DNA of 26,304 nt from a bacterium (GTDB lineage: Bacteria; UBA9089; UBA9088). Positions within the stretch are counted from its first letter, which is position 1. Each line of letters opens with the position of its first letter. The DNA lies in NCBI GenBank assembly GCA_003498085.1, contig DNCM01000130.1, positions 1-26,304 of the forward strand, given 5' to 3'. A program made the position numbers and the translations under genes. Under the pieces are notes generated by a model. That model searched no databases, was not told where the DNA came from, and saw only the letters and a list, made by a program, of their open reading frames with translations. Positions 23,863 to 26,304 of the stretch are shown piece after piece.

Positions 23863-26304
23863 TGGAGCCGAGTAGTTTTAAGAAGAAACTCAAGGTTCTT
23901 GCAGGTGGAGTATGTCTTTTTGTTATTTCCGGGATATTTGCGCCGAGGGAGGCTTCTGGCCTTGAAATTGAATCAATAACCCCAGGTAGTGGAACAGTTG
24001 GAATTACGGTAACAATAAAAGGAACACATACAGATGCGGGATTTTATGGGAATCCTATATGGGGAACTTTTGGAACGACCTATCCGGCACAGAATTGGAC
24101 AGAGGTTCGAAATGACCCTGATGAGTCGACATTTACCTATACCTTTAATGTTGATACCCAATCTTATGGGACTAAAGTACTAACTGCAAGTGAATATGAT
24201 GGCAGTAATATAGCCACCACAACCTTTTTTATCCTTCCAAACATCTATTCTTGCGAGCTACCATCAGGCCCTGTCGGATATCCTGTTACTATTATGGGAA
24301 ATGGCTTTGGAACAACTACCATCAGGATTGATTTTGGGAGAAGCCAAACAATAACTACAGCCTCTGGCAATAACAATGGGACATTTTCACTAACATTTAT
24401 AGTTGATACCCAGACATATGGCACAAAGATAATTACTGCCTATAATGCTGATAATTTGTCAATTGTTGACACAACAACATTTTTTATAACAAGCAAAATA
24501 TACTATCTTTCCCCAACATCAGGGACATTTGGGACAACTGTAACTGTTTTGGGTTCGGGTTATGGAGAGCAAAATTCAACTGTTACAATACATTTTGGGC
24601 TAACCCAGACTATTACATCTGTAGTTATAGGTAATGTTAATGGAACATTTTCAGCAACATTTAATGTAGATACCCAGCCTGGAGGCTCTAATGTTATAAC
24701 TGCAACAGGTATTTCAGATTATGGAATACCCCTTGCAACAACTGTTTTTGTTGTTTTGCCTGAGATTCTTTCTGTCTCTCCAGAGAGGGGAACAGTTTCT
24801 TCAATTGTAACTGTTGAGGGAAGGGGGTATAGAGAAACTGTAACAATAGATTTTGGAACACATTACACAATAACATCAACGCAAGCAAGTTCTTATGGAA
24901 CATTCTGCATAACATTTATTGTAAGCACACAGTTTTATGGGACAAAGCCGATAACTGCAAGGTGGTTGGATTATGGGATAATAAGGCCTGCTGTAACAAG
25001 TGCATTTATCATTATTGGAAGGATTACACTTAGAGAGCCTTCCTCTGGTGTTGTTGGCTCTCCGGTAACAATTACTGGAAATGGATTTGATGGAACAGGG
25101 ACAGTCATAAGAATAGATTTTGGGACACAAGAGACAATTACAAGCGTGGTTATGAGTAATGATAATGGAACATTCTCTATAACATTTCTTGTAAATACCC
25201 AGCCTTATGACACAAGGGTAATTACAGTATATGGACCAACTGATAATTATGATACAACCATATTTTTTATAAGACCAAAGATAAATATAGTTTCTCCACC
25301 ATTGGGAATTGTTGGAACATCAGTAACTGTGGAAGGGGTGGGGTATGGTACTCAAACTTTTTGTAGAGTTGGATTTGGAATTACCTCCGTCATTAGATTA
25401 GATGATGTAGGAGTATTACAAAAAAAGACTTCAGACAATGGAACATTCTCTGCCTACTTTTATGTTAATACTCAGCCAGGAGGCACAACTGTAATTACTC
25501 TTTATCATCAACTTGATCTTTCTATTCGAGCCACCTCTACCTTCTTTATTACCTCAAAAATCATCACAGTTGATCCACTTTCAGGAAAGGTTGGGGAGGT
25601 GGTTACTGTTATTGGTAATGGATATGGTTTGGGGACAACTGTGAGGATAGAATTTGGGACAACAGTAACAATTACAACAACAACTACAGATAAACATGGA
25701 ACATTTTCAACGACATTCATCGTAGATACCCAACCTGGAAATACAAGGGTAATAACTGCAAGGGATTTAGGTCCAAACCCATCTTTGGTTGCAACATCCG
25801 TATTCAATGTCCAGGGAAAGATTGCAAAAGTATTTCCACTAAGCGGTAAACCAGGAGATACTGTTACGATTGAAGGGTGGGGTTACGATGGAACAATTAC
25901 CGTTGATTTTGGAACATCCTATACAATTACAACAACTTACATAGAAAATAGTGGCACATTTACCATAACATTCATCGTGAATACCCAACCTTACGGTTCA
26001 AAGGCAATCACTGTAAGTGATATAGATACTACTGGTATTTCTAGCCTTGATATTGTTACTTGGTTTAAAGTTGTTGGGAAGGTAATACTTGTCTCTCCTC
26101 AAAGTGGAGTTGTCGGCTCCTATGTAACCATCGAAGGATGTGGCTATGGGACGAATACGACAATAAGGATTGATTTTGGGACACAACAAACAATTACAAC
26201 AACGGTTTCTGATGATATTGATGGAACATTTTCAACAACATTTATAATTGATACACAGCCTTATGATACAAGGGTAATTACAGTATATGGACCAACTGAT
26301 AATT
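23862..26304 (+). CDS. Giant secreted protein with tandem Ig-like (IPT/TIG-like) repeats, 3'-truncated at the window end (>=814 aa)
   Basis: Translated by hand with no stop to the end of the window. A Sec signal peptide (basic N-region, hydrophobic core, ..REASG) is followed by nine units of about 85-92 aa, consensus SPxSGxVGxxVTIxGxGY..IDFGTxxTITT..NGTFSxTFxVDTQPYGTKVIT..TxFxI. Confidence 0.88.
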   Translation, partial: MEPSSFKKKLKVLAGGVCLFVISGIFAPREASGLEIESITPGSGTVGITVTIKGTHTDAGFYGNPIWGTFGTTYPAQNWTEVRNDPDESTFTYTFNVDTQSYGTKVLTASEYDGSNIATTTFFILPNIYSCELPSGPVGYPVTIMGNGFGTTTIRIDFGRSQTITTASGNNNGTFSLTFIVDTQTYGTKIITAYNADNLSIVDTTTFFITSKIYYLSPTSGTFGTTVTVLGSGYGEQNSTVTIHFGLTQTITSVVIGNVNGTFSATFNVDTQPGGSNVITATGISDYGIPLATTVFVVLPEILSVSPERGTVSSIVTVEGRGYRETVTIDFGTHYTITSTQASSYGTFCITFIVSTQFYGTKPITARWLDYGIIRPAVTSAFIIIGRITLREPSSGVVGSPVTITGNGFDGTGTVIRIDFGTQETITSVVMSNDNGTFSITFLVNTQPYDTRVITVYGPTDNYDTTIFFIRPKINIVSPPLGIVGTSVTVEGVGYGTQTFCRVGFGITSVIRLDDVGVLQKKTSDNGTFSAYFYVNTQPGGTTVITLYHQLDLSIRATSTFFITSKIITVDPLSGKVGEVVTVIGNGYGLGTTVRIEFGTTVTITTTTTDKHGTFSTTFIVDTQPGNTRVITARDLGPNPSLVATSVFNVQGKIAKVFPLSGKPGDTVTIEGWGYDGTITVDFGTSYTITTTYIENSGTFTITFIVNTQPYGSKAITVSDIDTTGISSLDIVTWFKVVGKVILVSPQSGVVGSYVTIEGCGYGTNTTIRIDFGTQQTITTTVSDDIDGTFSTTFIIDTQPYDTRVITVYGPTDN
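25200..25248 (+). repeat. 49-bp intragenic direct repeat (second copy at 26256-26304)
   Basis: 48/49 nt identical, encoding QPYDTRVITVYGPTDN in units 5 and 9. Confidence 0.92.

Noticed and set aside
22900-23870. Integron cassette array
   Set aside because: The junctions read GTTRATG, not GTTRRRY; no attC palindromes or integrase were seen.
23862-23920. Lipoprotein signal in the giant protein (Cys18)
   Set aside because: GGVC does not fit the lipobox, and the hydrophobic core continues past the Cys to a signal-peptidase-I-like ASG site.
23097-23930. Diversity-generating retroelement TR/VR pair
   Set aside because: Only 4 of 8 mismatches are at adenines in either orientation, the repeat is at the 5' end of the gene, and no reverse transcriptase is present.
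98-26189. Many 60-144 aa ORFs antisense or out of frame to the called genes (e.g. 6229-6606, 7309-7737, 14722-15156, 24694-26189 minus)
   Set aside because: They are shadows of well-supported genes with no recognisable motifs. The minus-strand ORFs at 23973-26189 mirror the giant plus-strand CDS.
1-26304. CRISPR array, tRNA, rRNA, IS elements
   Set aside because: No regularly spaced repeat-spacer units, cloverleafs, rRNA-like segments, transposase ORFs or terminal inverted repeats were found by eye.

Overview
Fragment of an AT-rich bacterial chromosome (hand counts on sampled lines give about 25-42% GC). It is probably from a diderm anaerobe, judging by ExbBD, a beta-barrel-like protein and HdrA/MvhD. 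Left end (1-2420): a GC-richer, 5'-truncated multi-module hdrA plus mvhD. Middle: orphan gyrA and a tightly coupled minus-strand operon (pyrB, two paralogous membrane GAF-GGDEF genes that are both catalytically degenerate but keep RxxD, birA, coaX, exbB/exbD-type genes, fumarase alpha and beta). This is followed by plus-strand housekeeping genes (hisI, hisE, rplM, rpsI, leuS, fabH, clpX, lon) and a secreted hypothetical. Right end (22380-26304): an accessory locus with tandem sigma70 and sigma28-like promoters, a short GGA-rich segment closed by a terminator, and a cluster of small membrane/coiled-coil genes and gene remnants. It ends in a giant secreted Ig-like repeat protein (23862 to beyond the window end) that is absent from the ORF track. 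The first 69 nt of that giant gene are duplicated 765 bp upstream as a signal-peptide-only stub, and both copies are stop/start-coupled to a small upstream gene. No tRNA, rRNA, CRISPR, transposase, integrase or reverse transcriptase was recognised. All calls come from motif reading by eye; no searches were run.
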